Part shown: positions 28,963 to 42,611 of the stretch, piece after piece
How the letters are laid out: every line of letters begins with the position of its first letter
How positions within the stretch are numbered: the stretch's first letter is position 1
From: Octopus vulgaris
Lineage: Eukaryota
DNA: 64,000 nt
Reading direction: 5' to 3'
Assembly: GCA_951406725.2 (NCBI GenBank)
Contig: OX597823.1
Location: 65,720,001-65,784,000, forward strand
Program-made: the position numbers and the translations under genes
The notes under the pieces: generated by a model
The model's database searches: none
Seen by the model: only the letters and a program-made list of their open reading frames with translations
Told to the model about the DNA's origin: nothing

Positions 28963-29272
28963 CCATTTTAGCCAATAAAAACACACGCACTGTATATTTG
29001 GTGTTAATTTGCTTCAGCTTTATATATTTTTCACATTAATCTTTATCTTATTTCGGCCAGAGTTCTTTCGTCACACTTCTGTGACCACATCAGTGGTCCT
29101 TTGCTTTCTTCTTCCATATCTGTGTGTCTCCAAAGAAGAAAGCAAAGCTGAGGTGACAGAAGTGTGACGAAAGAATGGCCGAAATAAGATTAAGATTAGT
29201 GTAAACAATAAACCTGAAGCAAATTAACACCAAATATATAGTGCGTGTGTTTTTATTGGCTAAACTGGCAAC
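28959..29272. mobile_element. PLE-like inverted repeat with degenerate hammerhead (29055-29099 minus)
   Basis: Arms about 28959-29085 and 29151-29272. Minus strand GGACCA CTGATGT G GTCAC..GTGAC GAAA GAAC TC TGGCC. Confidence 0.6.
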
Positions 29273-30193
29273 TTGACCATTCATAAATACAATAATATCT
29301 GTTTCAACACACGTTTTCACATCAAGAATCTTGAAAAACAAATATATAAACGTATATATATATATATATATATATATATTTCCATTAATATTTTATTGTA
29401 AATTATTTCTATTTTCACTGTTTTTGTGTCTTTCGTCAAACTCCTATCGTGATCCGTCATTTTTTTCATTGGATACTTTCAATATTTATTCTCTCTTTCA
29501 CATTTGATTACTTATCCTTTTTCTTTTTTTAAATCTTTTTCCTTTCTTTTACTTATATTCTTTATTAACCATGTTTTGACACGTTCACACACGCCTTTCA
29601 CCATCTTGTCTTCCTAACGTGCCCCAATCATCTCTTGCATTAGTTTTGTAATGAAATTTTGCTTCTCTGACTTCTCGCTCCGCCATCAGCACCTGACAAC
29701 AAATTTGCCGGTTCACACATTTATCCCACCTTTCCTCCCATTTCACAATCGTACCCTCAACCACTTCATCATATCTTCGCATATAGTATGATTACATATA
29801 CAGACAAACTACATCGCCACATATTCGAAATCCACGCCACTTCACTTGCGCATTTAAACACCAATACGCACACACGTCACTTCCCAAAGTAAATTACACA
29901 CATCTCTCCCGGATTACGCTAATCTCCATACATGGATACTTTCGCATACGTGCACATACCCTCTCTCCCATATTAAGCTTCCCTGTTGAAACGTATTCCT
30001 ACTTGGCCCCGTAATCTTTCACTCGTATTTTCTTATGAGACGAGTTTTTCTATTTCACTCTTCTACACTTTACTTATATGCGATTCGCCTGAAGAATCAC
30101 TAGTGTCCGAAGCGTTACTTTCATTTCAGGCTTTATGCTAATAGCTAACATAATATTTATTAAAATTTGTCTATACTGTGCCATCTTACTAAG

Positions 30194-30195
<2 letters not shown>

Positions 30196-30257
<62 letters not shown>

Positions 30258-30284
30258 GTGTGTGTGTGTGTATATATATACAGG

Positions 30285-30320
<36 letters not shown>

Positions 30321-30392
30321 TGTGAGCGAACGAGAGATGGAGAGATAGGTAGATAGACAGAGAGAGAAGCAGACGTAGACAGGCAGCTAGAC

Positions 30393-30461
<69 letters not shown>

Positions 30462-30480
30462 TATAGATAGATAGATAGAT
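30196..30480. repeat. (TA)n/(TG)n/(GA)n/(TAGA)n block
   Basis: Seen directly. Confidence 0.95.
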
Positions 30481-30708
30481 AAGCATGTATGTTTGGCTAA
30501 TACACGGAAATTTTATATCTCTTGCCAGCTTGTGATTTAAGTATATGCTGTATTGAAAGCATTGCTGTGATGGAATTGTATTACGTTTACCAAGAAATGC
30601 TCATATTTTGTCATGTGTTCCTTGTCGATCTCCATGGACACGACAATGTATGCGTATGTGTCCGAGTGTGCATGTATGTGCTTGGGAGAGATTGAGTGTG
30701 AGAGAAAG

Positions 30709-30755
<47 letters not shown>

Positions 30756-31387
30756 TGTGTGTATGTGTAGTCTATACCTGTCAACAATATTTTCGTGAGT
30801 ATTTAAATTTATGCAGATGTCAATATCGATTAAGTGGAACGGTAAATTCTGTACCCAATATATCGATCCTTTCAAATATACCAATGCAAGAAAAATCCAC
30901 AATATTCTTCGTTTTCTCTTATTTTAACTGTCATTCACGATAGCGAAGTGTTTAGCTTTTCAAATCCAGACGTCGAGTCACGCTAAGGCACTGGATTTAA
31001 AGTATCTTTAAAACATCGAACAGAAATGATTCTAGTTTCGGTTCTTTACACTCTGCTGTTTAGGCCCAGTTCTAATTTGCATTTCATTCTTTCAGGGCCG
31101 ATAATATAATATACCAATAAAATACCGTGGTGGCTTTAATGAACTGACATCAAAGTTTCCCTGGATTTTTAAAGTCTAAAACTGAGTGAATCATCTTAGA
31201 AATGCTTGCATTTATGCGACACATAAAGGTTTCGTTCTAGTCTTCTGGTTTATTGTAATTATTCCTTTTTTTTAATAGAGATATCGAATATGATTAGCTT
31301 CAAAAACATATAATAATTGATAACATGAATACGAGATCAGAAAATTTTCACTGTTGCTTTTGCTGTTTAGATTAGGTGTTGTAAACC

Positions 31388-31772
31388 CTTACATAGCCCT
31401 TCAATTGTTCAAGGACATTTGGAGGCTAATATTTATTAATCTTTACCTGTAGTTCTCCCTTTTTCCACTTCACAATCCAGATTTTGCCTTCACATATATT
31501 GAAGGGAAATGTAGTTTTCTGTGCAACACTATTTATTATATAATATCAACAGCTCTATATTAATTTCACACTAGCATTCTTACATAGCCCTTCAATTGTT
31601 CAAGGACATTTGGAGGCTAATATTTATTAATCTTTACCTGTAGTTCTCCCTTTTTCCACTTCACAATCCAGATTTTGCCTTCACATATATTGAAGGGAAA
31701 TGTAGTTTTCTGTGCAGCACTATTTATTATATAATATCAACAGCTCAATATTAATTTCACACTAGCATTCTT
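31388..31772. repeat. Near-perfect 191 bp tandem duplication
   Basis: CTTACATAGCCC.. at 31388 and 31579; only about 2 differences seen. Confidence 0.95.
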
Positions 31773-34547
31773 CGAAACAACACTAAAGAAAATAAAACCT
31801 GTGAATAGCGACGCTAAATTTGTCAGCGTAAATTATAATTACTGCAGTGGAATTCATAAATTTCTCCCTGAGTTTCTAAACACTTTTTCCCCATTTAATA
31901 TAAATAGTTGTTGTTAACTTAGTAGTTGTCAAAATTTGACTGTATCCGCTTTCAATAACAACTGCGAAACATAATCCAAATCCTAAAACAAATAGCAACC
32001 GAATTTGAAACAAGTTAAATATTTTCGTAAGTGTTTCTAATATAAGCTCAAGGTCTGATATTTGAAGGAGATGGGTTGGTCGATGCATTTGATTCTAGTA
32101 CTTGAATGATACATTATTTTAAACCAGAAGTGTTGCGAACTCAGGACGTAAAATGTCGGATCAATCACGACAATGAATTATTCCGGCAATTCAAAGATTC
32201 CTCTAGCTCTCTGCCTTCAATTTACAAATAGAATTAAGAAAAATATAACTATGGATTTATTTATTCTTTAAGGTATACTTTCCCAAATCAAATATCTTCT
32301 GAGAGTAATGAATTTATCCTTTCAGAAATTCGAGATATTTAGACCAAATGTGTTTTTGGTAACAAGCTCCGTGCGCTGTGTTGGAGAACGTCCTCATTCA
32401 AAGTATTAGTCACTCGACTAAATGTACCACAATATACAATTTTATGCTCGTATCTCTATAATCAAAATATTTAGGTATATCCTATGAGAAGGTAGTATCG
32501 TTAGTATATATTAAGATAAAAACATAAACATACAAAATCTAATGTACACACAGGTAATATTGCAAATGGTATATAGACATCTGCAAGTAACATGATTATT
32601 ATAGTAGCATACGTATCCTTGTTATTTATATTTCAAAGGCAATAAATTTCAGTGCAGACCATCATTAACCTAATAATACTTGCCAATATTTCAATAGTAG
32701 ATAAATCTACTGAAACAGTCAAAATTATGTTGGAATACAATTTGTCTTAATTTATTTATCTCTAACCTCTTCGCTTCGAAAAATCAAAGTGCTTTATCAA
32801 AACTATCTCGTAATCATTCAGGATTAGAAAATGACATTCTCTCACAATAACATAGGACACTTTGAATAAGGTAATCTTTGAAACAACATACCTGAAAGAA
32901 AAATATGGCAAGGTCATGATTAGAACACTTTTTCCCATTCAGTGTTCAATGCGAACTGCCCAGAGGTTCAACGTTAACAACAGGAATGAATTTTGTGACA
33001 TATGCTCTTAAACCAGTTTTGATTTGTAAACGTCTATGATCGAGGACAAATTTAACAGTTACTCTTTTATATTTGTCCGCCTAATCTAAATATCAACGTT
33101 TGTTTATTATTATTGAGATATTAGGTAGGTCGTTTACTGGATCACCAGCGATCAAAGTTTCCCTGTGATCTCTCTCTCTCTCTTTCTCTGACGTTTTATC
33201 TCATTATTTCTCTTTGATTACAACGACGAAGCAAACGGAATCCGATTTTTAGACTTCCTCATTGTTAGTGATGATTGTGTTCAAAGTATCGGTTTATAGA
33301 TAAAAGTCTTTATCTAGGTCACTGCAATATTAATGACAGCATGTGTAACCTTCAGGTAGCTGATATTTTAGCGTATGGTCCAAAGCGTGACGGACATAAA
33401 ATGTGTACTTTGAGATGTTAAGGAATTAGCCAGCAGTCAATTATACTCTTCTCTGCAATACTGATCGAGGACAGGAATATCAGACGTTTGGTCTGCAATC
33501 ACGACAAATCAACAAATACAAAGCAATTATTCAACAAACAAGCTTAGGAAACAACAAAAATGCACAGTAAACCGTCTAAAATAGCTCAGTGTTTCATACT
33601 TTTTAGTTATCAAACTCTAAAGGGAAGTTAAAACTTTGACACAAAACACATTTATGCAAGCCATTGACTTAAGGTCCAGAGGAAAGGCATGAAACATAAC
33701 ATAATAAAGAGAGTTCCCTTAAGACAATTCATCAAAAACAAAAATAAAATCATGTTTTTTTGTTATCATTCGCTAGATAAAATTTTTATTAAAAAGTATT
33801 TTTAATGATAAAATTATACTTCGCAGAGGGTAAAAGTTTCGTTGATTTTAGATAGTTTACACAAAACGTTAGCATGATAGAAACATACCACGTAATCTGG
33901 CGTTGCAAGCAAAGTTAGTAGAGAAACAGGTGTAAAGAATCATTAAAGATGTATTAAAGGATTTCTTTGTGTTATAATTTGCATTATGGTTTACTCTTAG
34001 CTACACCAACACAAAGGTTTTGTCGTACAGGACAACCGTCGGTTTACCACATCTTCAAACATGTGCCGAGAGTGATAAAAATATATATTGTGGGGGTGCG
34101 GGGCTTAGTGGTTAGGGTGTTGAACTCATGATCGTAAGGTTGTGGTTTTGATTCCTGGACCAGGTTTGTTACCCTTCAGGAGTGAAAAAAAAACCCAGCA
34201 AATTTTTACACAGTGGAAAATTCATGATCTAACCAAATACACACACACTCGCACATGCACACTCGTGCATGCATGCATACACACACACACACACTCTCTC
34301 TTACATTCATGCACTCACATATAGAAACAAGCAAATACATACAGAATCACTCACTTATATACACACACGCACACACACATACACATGCACACTCATACAC
34401 TGACATGCACGCATACGCGCATGCGCATGCATGCTCTGCACCACATTATCCAAACAGTATGAATTACAAATTCACATGAACACACACACATGAATAGATT
34501 TATATGTGCAAACACAACACACACACTGTGTATATGTGTGTGTGGGA

Positions 34548-34695
34548 AGATGCACGACTTAGTGGTTAGGGTGTTGCATTCATGATTGCGATGTCGTGGT
34601 TTCGATTCCCAGACCGGGCGTTGCATTGTGTTCTTGAGCAAAACACTTCATTTCACATTGCACCAGTCTACTCAGCTGACAAAAATGAGTAATCC
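34548..34695 (+). mobile_element. tRNA-headed SINE family D fragment
   Basis: TTAGTGGTTAGGGTG..GGTTTCGATTCCC..TTGAGCAAAACACTTCATTTCACATTG; related head at 34088-34165 and minus copy at ~50850-51055. Confidence 0.65.
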
Positions 34696-34696
34696 T

Positions 34697-35292
34697 GCGT
34701 GAGTGATGAAAATTAAACATTCAGTCAACATCATGGTGTTTTGTGATGGCAACGTTATGCCTCCACTCAACTTCCCACACGGCCTCAGACTTAACACGGA
34801 GGCATACATCAAAATCTGCCCTGGATCAAGAGGGTGGCTGCTGGAAGACCTAATGTCTGGCAACAGGATTCTGCACCATGCCACACATGCAGGAGAACCA
34901 TGGCATAACTCTGATATTTTCTGCGATCACACCACCCCTAACATGTGGTCACTTAATTTCCGAGACTGCAACCCCTTTGATTATTATGTGTGGGGCGCAG
35001 TTGAGCGGGAGACCAACAAAACTCCTTGTAACAAAAAGGTAAACTGAAGGAAAAGATAATGGCAACATTCACCAACTTAAACAAGGAGATCATCGGAAAG
35101 AGTTGCAGGAGATTCTGAAGTCATTAGAAGGTCATGGCTGAACCTATTGGCAATTATATTGAATATATTTACTCATTAATATATCAAGATATTTTTAATG
35201 TAATTTTGGTAAATATATCTGTTAAAATGAGATGTCAGTGTTATCTTCCTTTTTGCGTAATTTCGACGACAATATATTCCCCGCACCCTGCA
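34697..35292 (+). mobile_element. Decayed Tc1/mariner-superfamily (maT/DD37D-like) 3' part
   Basis: NIMVF..DGNVMPP..LNTEAYIK..DCNPFDYYVWGAVERETNK; ends CCGCACCCTG; same family as 52665-53445. Confidence 0.75.
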
Positions 35293-35692
35293 TTTATATT
35301 ATCTATATGTATGTATATTAAGCAGCGTGTACATCTACCCATGTGCCATCCTTTTGATTCTACCCTATGCGCATGTCTATATGCGCATACTTTTTTCTAC
35401 CTCAGGCTAGAACTTTTCATAGCCGTCTTATGCAAACGTTCTCACTTATATCGCCTATATGTTCTCAAAATGTAACTTTCCCAAATACAGAGCACTTCAT
35501 ATGAGGAAGCTGTAGGATGTTATCCTGGTACTCAACTAAAAGTCCACCGAAACATTACAGCAGCAAGAGCTGTAAACTAACGAAGTTCATTACATAACAT
35601 TTAGTTTTATCAGGTGTCTTCTTGTTTTCTAAACGGTTATTGAGTTTTACACCAGGTTATTACTTTCCCTATGACTAAGCGAAATATTAAAT

Positions 35693-35755
<63 letters not shown>

Positions 35756-36178
35756 AGTCTTTTTTACTTATCATATATTGTTTATTCATTTTTTGTACGT
35801 CTTGTGATCTAGGTATATGTTTTATAGTATATTTTATTTTTTCTTTATGATATGGTTTATGTCTATCGTTGTTTGAATTACATAATAGTGGTTTTTCTCT
35901 AATTTATATATATATATATACAAACACAAAATGCGGACTGGACTATCAAACAAGTAATAATCGACACATTCATTCATTTATTATACATATACTTCTATGC
36001 TCTCATACGTCTGTTGCTACTACAACGATAGCTTGATATATCGTGCAAGAGAGTAGTATCGATAATAAATATTGGCATAAGAGCGTAAACATTCAGCATA
36101 CTATAAGACTTACCAGAGGTATCAAATTTGAGATGAAGTACATGGTAAGAATTATGATAACATACCACCACCACCACC

Positions 36179-36272
<94 letters not shown>

Positions 36273-36276
36273 TAAA

Positions 36277-36360
<84 letters not shown>

Positions 36361-36364
<4 letters not shown>

Positions 36365-36917
36365 GCCCTGATGCAGTACCAGGCAGTGGCTCTCATGGCT
36401 TCTGATCTTAACTGATTAGAACTGTTATCATGTACATTGTTTTGTCTTGGTATAAAAGATGGGCTACAGCAAATATTCTGCTCAATACCACATATCTACT
36501 TGTCAGTTGTTTGACCATAACCAGATGAGCATGTCCCTTAGTGGCTGACGATATGTGCATCTCTGATCACGAGAAGTAGTGGGGGAGCATCATAGCCGTG
36601 TGTTGAAAGGAATTCTTGGAGGTTTGAATAATTCACCTTTGGAAACATGGGTGGTTCGTTCAACATCCCTAAACAATCCTTATTCAGGGACCGTATGAGC
36701 GGGATGGGCTACTCGACCAGAAGAATTTTGTAGCTGAGCCCTAACTGCAAGGTCATGCGCTGTTTATCTTGATATGAGATGACCATATCGCGCACATATG
36801 GTTGTGATGCATGTGCCTGGTGTACCCTTATCAGACGGGTAGTCATGATGGGTATACTGGGCTTCGTATATTTTACCCCAGTGTCATTTTGATGGCATGC
36901 ACTGCTCTCTCACTCAA
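36361..36917 (+). mobile_element. Family C ~550 bp non-coding element within (AAT)n
   Basis: Flanked on both sides by long (AAT)n; further copies or fragments at ~3600, 18828-20015 and 37160-37310. Confidence 0.85.
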
Positions 36918-36919
36918 TG

Positions 36920-36987
<68 letters not shown>

Positions 36988-37073
36988 TATTATTATTATT
37001 ATTATTATTATCAATATTATTATTATAATTATTATTATTATTATTACTATTATTATTGTTATTATTATTGTTG

Positions 37074-37140
<67 letters not shown>

Positions 37141-37309
37141 CATTATTATTATTATTATTGTTAAGGTCAAACAACTGACAAGTAGATATGTGGTATTGAG
37201 CAGAATATTCGTTGTAAGCCCGTATTTTATACCAAGACAAAACAATGTACATGATAACACTTCCAATCAGTTATGATGAGAAGACATGAGCGTCACTGTC
37301 TGGTACTGC

Positions 37310-37760
37310 GGAATTGTAAAATCATGTGGCTGCAATGACCCAGAGCGATTATTCGACCAGACATCGGAAACCGGACATCGTTGTGGTGAATAAAAAGAAA
37401 GAACGACTTAGCTTGCCCAGGAGACAACATCATCAATGCGAAAGAAGAAGAAAAAATAAACACTATGACTAGTTGAAATACTAGGAAATACGAAGTTTGT
37501 AGTCAATCTAGAAAGTAGACGTGATACGATTAGTAATTTGTGCTCTTGGAAATATCAGAACTCAACTACCAATATGGCTGAAAAAGATTGATGCAAGTAT
37601 GAAGGTAAAACACTTACAAAAATCAGCATTGCTTCGAACTGGAAGAATTCTTCGCAGGGTTCTTGAAGCATGACCAGTAAACAAATGTCACCATAGTCTA
37701 CTGGCTGTGGACAGCTTACACTTTCCATCATACACAGCAAGATAAGCTGTGAGTTTTCAT

Positions 37761-37762
<2 letters not shown>
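37310..37762 (+). mobile_element. R4/Dong-like LINE 3' end (RLE domain and 3'UTR)
   Basis: KIMW..RHRKPDIVVVNKK..ACPGD..KEEEK..ICALG..LQKSALLRTGRILRRVLEA* followed by (TAA)n. Confidence 0.8.
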
Positions 37763-37801
<39 letters not shown>

Positions 37802-38010
37802 TCCTAATGTAAACAGGGCATTAGACGTTTACATTGACGCCAGAACTTTGCTGGTACTTTATCTTATTGAGCTAGAAAGAATAGAAGGCCAAGTTTTGTC
37901 CGGAAGGGGCTTGAGTTTAGAACATGAAAAAAAAAGCAGAGTAAATTTTATACCGAAAAAGATTGTCCAACGCGTTAAAGAATTGTCAGCTCACCACCTT
38001 TAAAAATATG

Positions 38011-38125
38011 TACCCCGGGTGAGGATTGAACTCACAACCCGCGTATAGCTTTCACTCTGTGAGTTGAATCACAAGGATATTACTGTCAATAAGTACGGCA
38101 CGCTAACCGATTGTGCTACCGGGGC
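38011..38125 (-). tRNA. Intron-containing tRNA-Ile(UAU), probably pseudogenised
   Basis: GCCCCGGTAGCACAATCGGTTAGCGTGCCGTACTTAT-[~41 nt intron starting TGACAG]-ATACGCGGGTTGTGAGTTCAATCCTCACCCGGGGTA, then TTTTT. Anticodon TAT at 38089-38091; several stem mismatches. Confidence 0.8.
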
Positions 38126-38970
38126 AGCTGGTACGTATAGTGATAAATATACTGTTAGTGAGAAAATTAGAGTTATAGATTAAATTAATACAATTGTTCA
38201 AATCATCAGAAGTATATTTGCTGAGTGAATGTAGTAATATTGAGCTAATGCAATAGAGAATTGATGGATTTAAACCTTACATGAATTTAATTGTGTTATT
38301 AATGTCATTATTGTGTAAGTTGATTTTATCAGTGTCATTTGGTCATGTACAAACATATATATGTGAATTTAGCTGCTATAACAATGCATCGTGTAGATAC
38401 TTAGCAATTATCGTTATAAACGAGCAACATAAATCAGAATAACCAATTCAATCATTATAATATAATGAGTCAATGCATCAAAAGGGACCTGTTCCATTTT
38501 GAATTTATAATATTAATGTTATTATCAATTGCGAGTAGATTTAGTGAAAGTCATTTGTAAATACGTATGTATATGTATAGATGTATGTATGTCTAGTAAT
38601 GTAATATTGTTCATAATATCAGCTTAAATATAATTGTAATTTCTTCATTTCCTTAATAAATAAATATCCAAGAATGAAATGTACGCTTGCATTAATTTAT
38701 TTATTCGTTCTTTCTTGCTTAATAACCTTTAATCTGTCCTTACAATCCCCAGTACTTAACGTTGCTAATTTTTGTTTAGCGCATTTCCTTCTCATACTTA
38801 GCTCCAAGGATATACAAATTGCCCCTAATAAACACAGGAATAAAAATTAGAGGCTCTACTTATTTCTTATCCTATGAAAAATATAAAAATTAAACCTGCG
38901 TATCTAGATTTCTTCCAACATATACACAACGCGTTAAAGAATTGTCAGCTCACCACCTTTAAAAATATGT

Positions 38971-39014
38971 ACCCCGGGTGAGGATTGAACTCACGTCCCG
39001 TGTATAGCTTTCAC
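38971..39014 (-). pseudogene. Truncated copy of the tRNA-Ile 3' half
   Basis: Part of a copied segment: 37968-38055 reappears at 38927-39014. Confidence 0.8.
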
Positions 39015-39827
39015 ACGTGGTGTATACGTTTCTTTCACTCGCATACATAGGCACACATAAATTATACGTATATACACTATAGGCGCAGGAGTGGCTATGC
39101 CATGACCCCTAAATCAGTTAGCTATTTACAATATTACACTTTATTTTATAAGTTATACTTTTAGATTTTTGAACCAAATATATACATTGTTATAAAGGTT
39201 GTATGTTTAATATTAGATTTAGAAAATAAGCGGATACAAAAGCGAGTTCTTTTAAACTAATTGTTGTCGATGCGTAATACATATTGACATTCTAACGGGT
39301 TCACGTGGTACATTTGTAAGCAATTTTACGCAGGTAATTCCAATTTAAGGAGCAATTATATGCCGCCAAATACTTATACCTTTATCGACTTCCCTAACAT
39401 ATTGAGAATAATTCACTGATAGAAGACCGCTAATGTCAATATTAGCAACATGACTCATATAACAATTGTCGAAGCTACTATTCGCTCAAATACAGACATT
39501 GCGGAGAAAGCAATAGTTGATTTTATCGACCCAGATACTTGACGAGAAATCTATTCAACGTATCCGAAAGAATGAAAGAGAAGGATAACCAACGAGCGAT
39601 TTGAGTGGAAGATGAAAAACGTCGTAATAAGAACTGCTAACCATTTTCCAGCGCTCTACTTATATCTCATTCTATGGAAAATATAGAAATAAACCAGCGT
39701 AGCTAGATTTGTTCCAACATACACACAACGCGTAAATATACACGTGGTGTATACGTTTCTTTCACACGCAGACATAAGCACACGTATATAAATTATATAT
39801 ATATATATATATATATAGATATATTAT

Positions 39828-40015
39828 AGGCGCAGGAGTAGCTACGTTATAAGTAGCTTGCTTACCAACTACATGGTCCCAGGTTCAATCCCACTGCGTG
39901 GCACCTTCGGAAAAAGAGGCTTACAAAGAATAAGTCCTTGGGTCGATTCGTTCGACTAAAGGCGGTGCTCCAGCATGCCCGCAGTCAAATGATTAAAACT
40001 AATAAAAGAATAAAA
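39828..40015 (+). mobile_element. SINE family A with internal deletion
   Basis: Head joined directly to the GGCTTACAAAGAATAAG tail. Confidence 0.85.
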
Positions 40016-40223
40016 AACATTGTAAACGCAGGCAATGCGTTTGCGCACTCACATGATAACCGCAGACATTCTTACATCAACATGGTTACCGCACATATAC
40101 ATACCAGTACATGTAACGCATATCAATCCACTTAATGACGCACCGGGTAATTTACACACGTACACACACAAGCACATATTTTTCAGCTCTCTCACACATG
40201 CATACTCACAGACTCACCATTCA

Positions 40224-41050
40224 CACGTTTACCGTTTCATTCCGTTCAAGCATTTCGTCATGGATAATCCCTTCCCCGTCCCACCTACGCACGACATCGT
40301 TTTACTCGATGAAAATCTTGTTTCGTGCGCGGTGTCACTTGTTTACCGGGACTAAGCCATTCCTTACGCTGTTTCATATTGATGTACAGGCACCATTTTT
40401 GTCGCCAGTAACGATCTAGTAAAGAAATCGATACTTGTGTCCATGAGTTGAGCGGTGATGAGCAAGCAAACCAGCAGAGATTGCGGCTCGTTGATTTTTG
40501 TTGTCGTTACTTAAAGCATACGGAACACATGCTCCATACTTCTGAACCTTTCCCATCGAGTGAAGATGTTTCTCTATAGCAGTGTGGGAGCATGCCATTT
40601 TCTCTGCTAGTTCCCTTGTTTGACGAGAATTTTCGTGCAAAAGTTGGTTTAATCGCTCTTTATCAAATTCAACTGGACGGCCAGTACGAGGTGCGTCTTT
40701 GAGGTCAACATTTCCATTTTCGAACTTGGCATACCAATCACGAGTGGTTCTTTCAGTTATGGCACTGTCTCCATACACAGCACAAATATCGAGAGCAGCT
40801 TTTGCGGCCTTAGAACCTTGATTAAAAACAAAAAGAAGGAGGTGTCGAAAATGTTCGTTCTTATTAACTTGACATTCCATTTTAATGATCTGAAAATAAA
40901 CAAAAATTTAGTAGAAAAGAAAACAAACAAAATAGATTCCATAATGATTCAAAAATAGAATTCTCGAACAAAATAGATTCCAAAATTTAAAAACGCAATA
41001 AATTCCAAAATTTAAAGAAAAATGGCGGAAACTTAGTTGCCAACCCAATA
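40224..41050 (-). mobile_element. Mariner 5' part (HTH domain and first catalytic motif), decayed
   Basis: ORF 40416-40880 (HFRHLLLF..ICAVYGD..WYAKF..DAPRTGRP) then IVTGD; TIR TATTGGGTTGGCAACTAAG. Confidence 0.85.
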
Positions 41051-42057
41051 CATACATGCACATATTGTTACACATCGCTATATATATTTTATATGCAGGT
41101 ATATGTATGAATCTCTGTGTTTTTGTGTATAAACATACGGATTAAAATTCAAAAATATTCTCCTATACACGTGTAGATATTCTCTCACACACACACACTC
41201 ACGCACTCAAACACACCTACACACACTCACACACACATAGACACACAAACATATAGACACATAGTGCTGTAGTTTATATATCCAAACGTATAGTTGTGTG
41301 TCGATAAGGTATTTACTTCTGTATTGTTCAGTATGTCATCATGCTTTGTACTAGAAATAGCAATGAAGATTTCTTCAGAGTACAACCGACATATTCTTAA
41401 AGAATTACGTTTTGAAGTAGATATCCGTCACACATGATCGTCCGTTTCTTTTTTATTTTTATTCGCGCATTGCACTCTTGAAAAATCAACCTAGCAAATT
41501 TCTGCTGACTCTAAAAATCAAGTTCATAAAAAGGTTAAACCATTAATTGACAAGATGAATTACGTACACAAGTCGACCCACTTTTCTCAGTGCAAATGTT
41601 TTGCGTATACAAATTGAAAGTTGTCAGTGTCCTTATAGGCTCCCACTTGAGCTAATTAGAAAGACTGTTAGTAAATAGCGGCAAGATCGATAAATAATGG
41701 AAAGGAAAAGAAATCTCAAGCAAAATAAATATATATATGGCGAAGAGAAATGAGTATATGATATAACACGACATAGAAATACTTAGTAAAGTGAATTACA
41801 ATTTGATAAATTGAAAATTTAATTAAATGGAAAGAAAATAACATCCAAATAATGTTGACAGAAAAATTAGCTGCTGGAACCCAGCAGTGAAATTTCTTAA
41901 ACAAGTCAAAAGAAAATAATGCATAGCGTGATAACGGGACACCGTCTTATATTGCTCAGACTCTTAGTGCGTCTGCTGCTGTATACATACATAGATGCAT
42001 ACATACATACATACATACATACAAACATGTGTGTGTATTTATGTACATATGTACGTG

Positions 42058-42119
<62 letters not shown>

Positions 42120-42611
42120 CACAGATATGCAGAAAGTAAATAGACAACTTTAATTTTCAAAATTCTGATCTAAGCGTTTTCATGTTTTCAGCGATGTAGA
42201 ATTTACAATGTAATTAATCTTTTTCATTCCAGGTGCCATTATATTAAACATTTGGGAAGAAGGGTAAACATGCCACGCACAGAAAATTCAGAAAATAGAA
42301 AATCTTTGTTGTCTCCTTTCATTTGTTCTTTCTTCTCAGAACCTTGCAGTAGTTCGGAGCAGTCAGTTGATGAGCTCCACTACCTCAAATGTTCTTAAAA
42401 TTTAAATCCACATTTTTGTCTATATATCTACCTTCTCTATAATGTTACCATTTGATATGAAAATTATGTATTAATGGAAAACCTCTATCAATGGCTGATG
42501 AGTGCTCAGCATTTTAAAACTGTTGTAATACTTACAACATTTAGTAAAATGATGTAGTGCGAAACGAACGTACCAAATTACCGGAGTTATTCTTGTTGCT
42601 TATTTTGATTA

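Noticed and set aside
34088-34165. tRNA-like sequence
   Set aside because: No acceptor stem; matches SINE family D heads.
40416-40880. 154 aa HTH ORF as a domesticated SETMAR-like gene
   Set aside because: A stop precedes the catalytic domain and frameshifts follow; ordinary mariner fossil.
42495-42530. CTGATGA-GTGC-TCA-GCAT hammerhead-like start
   Set aside because: No GAAA after stem II and no stem I.
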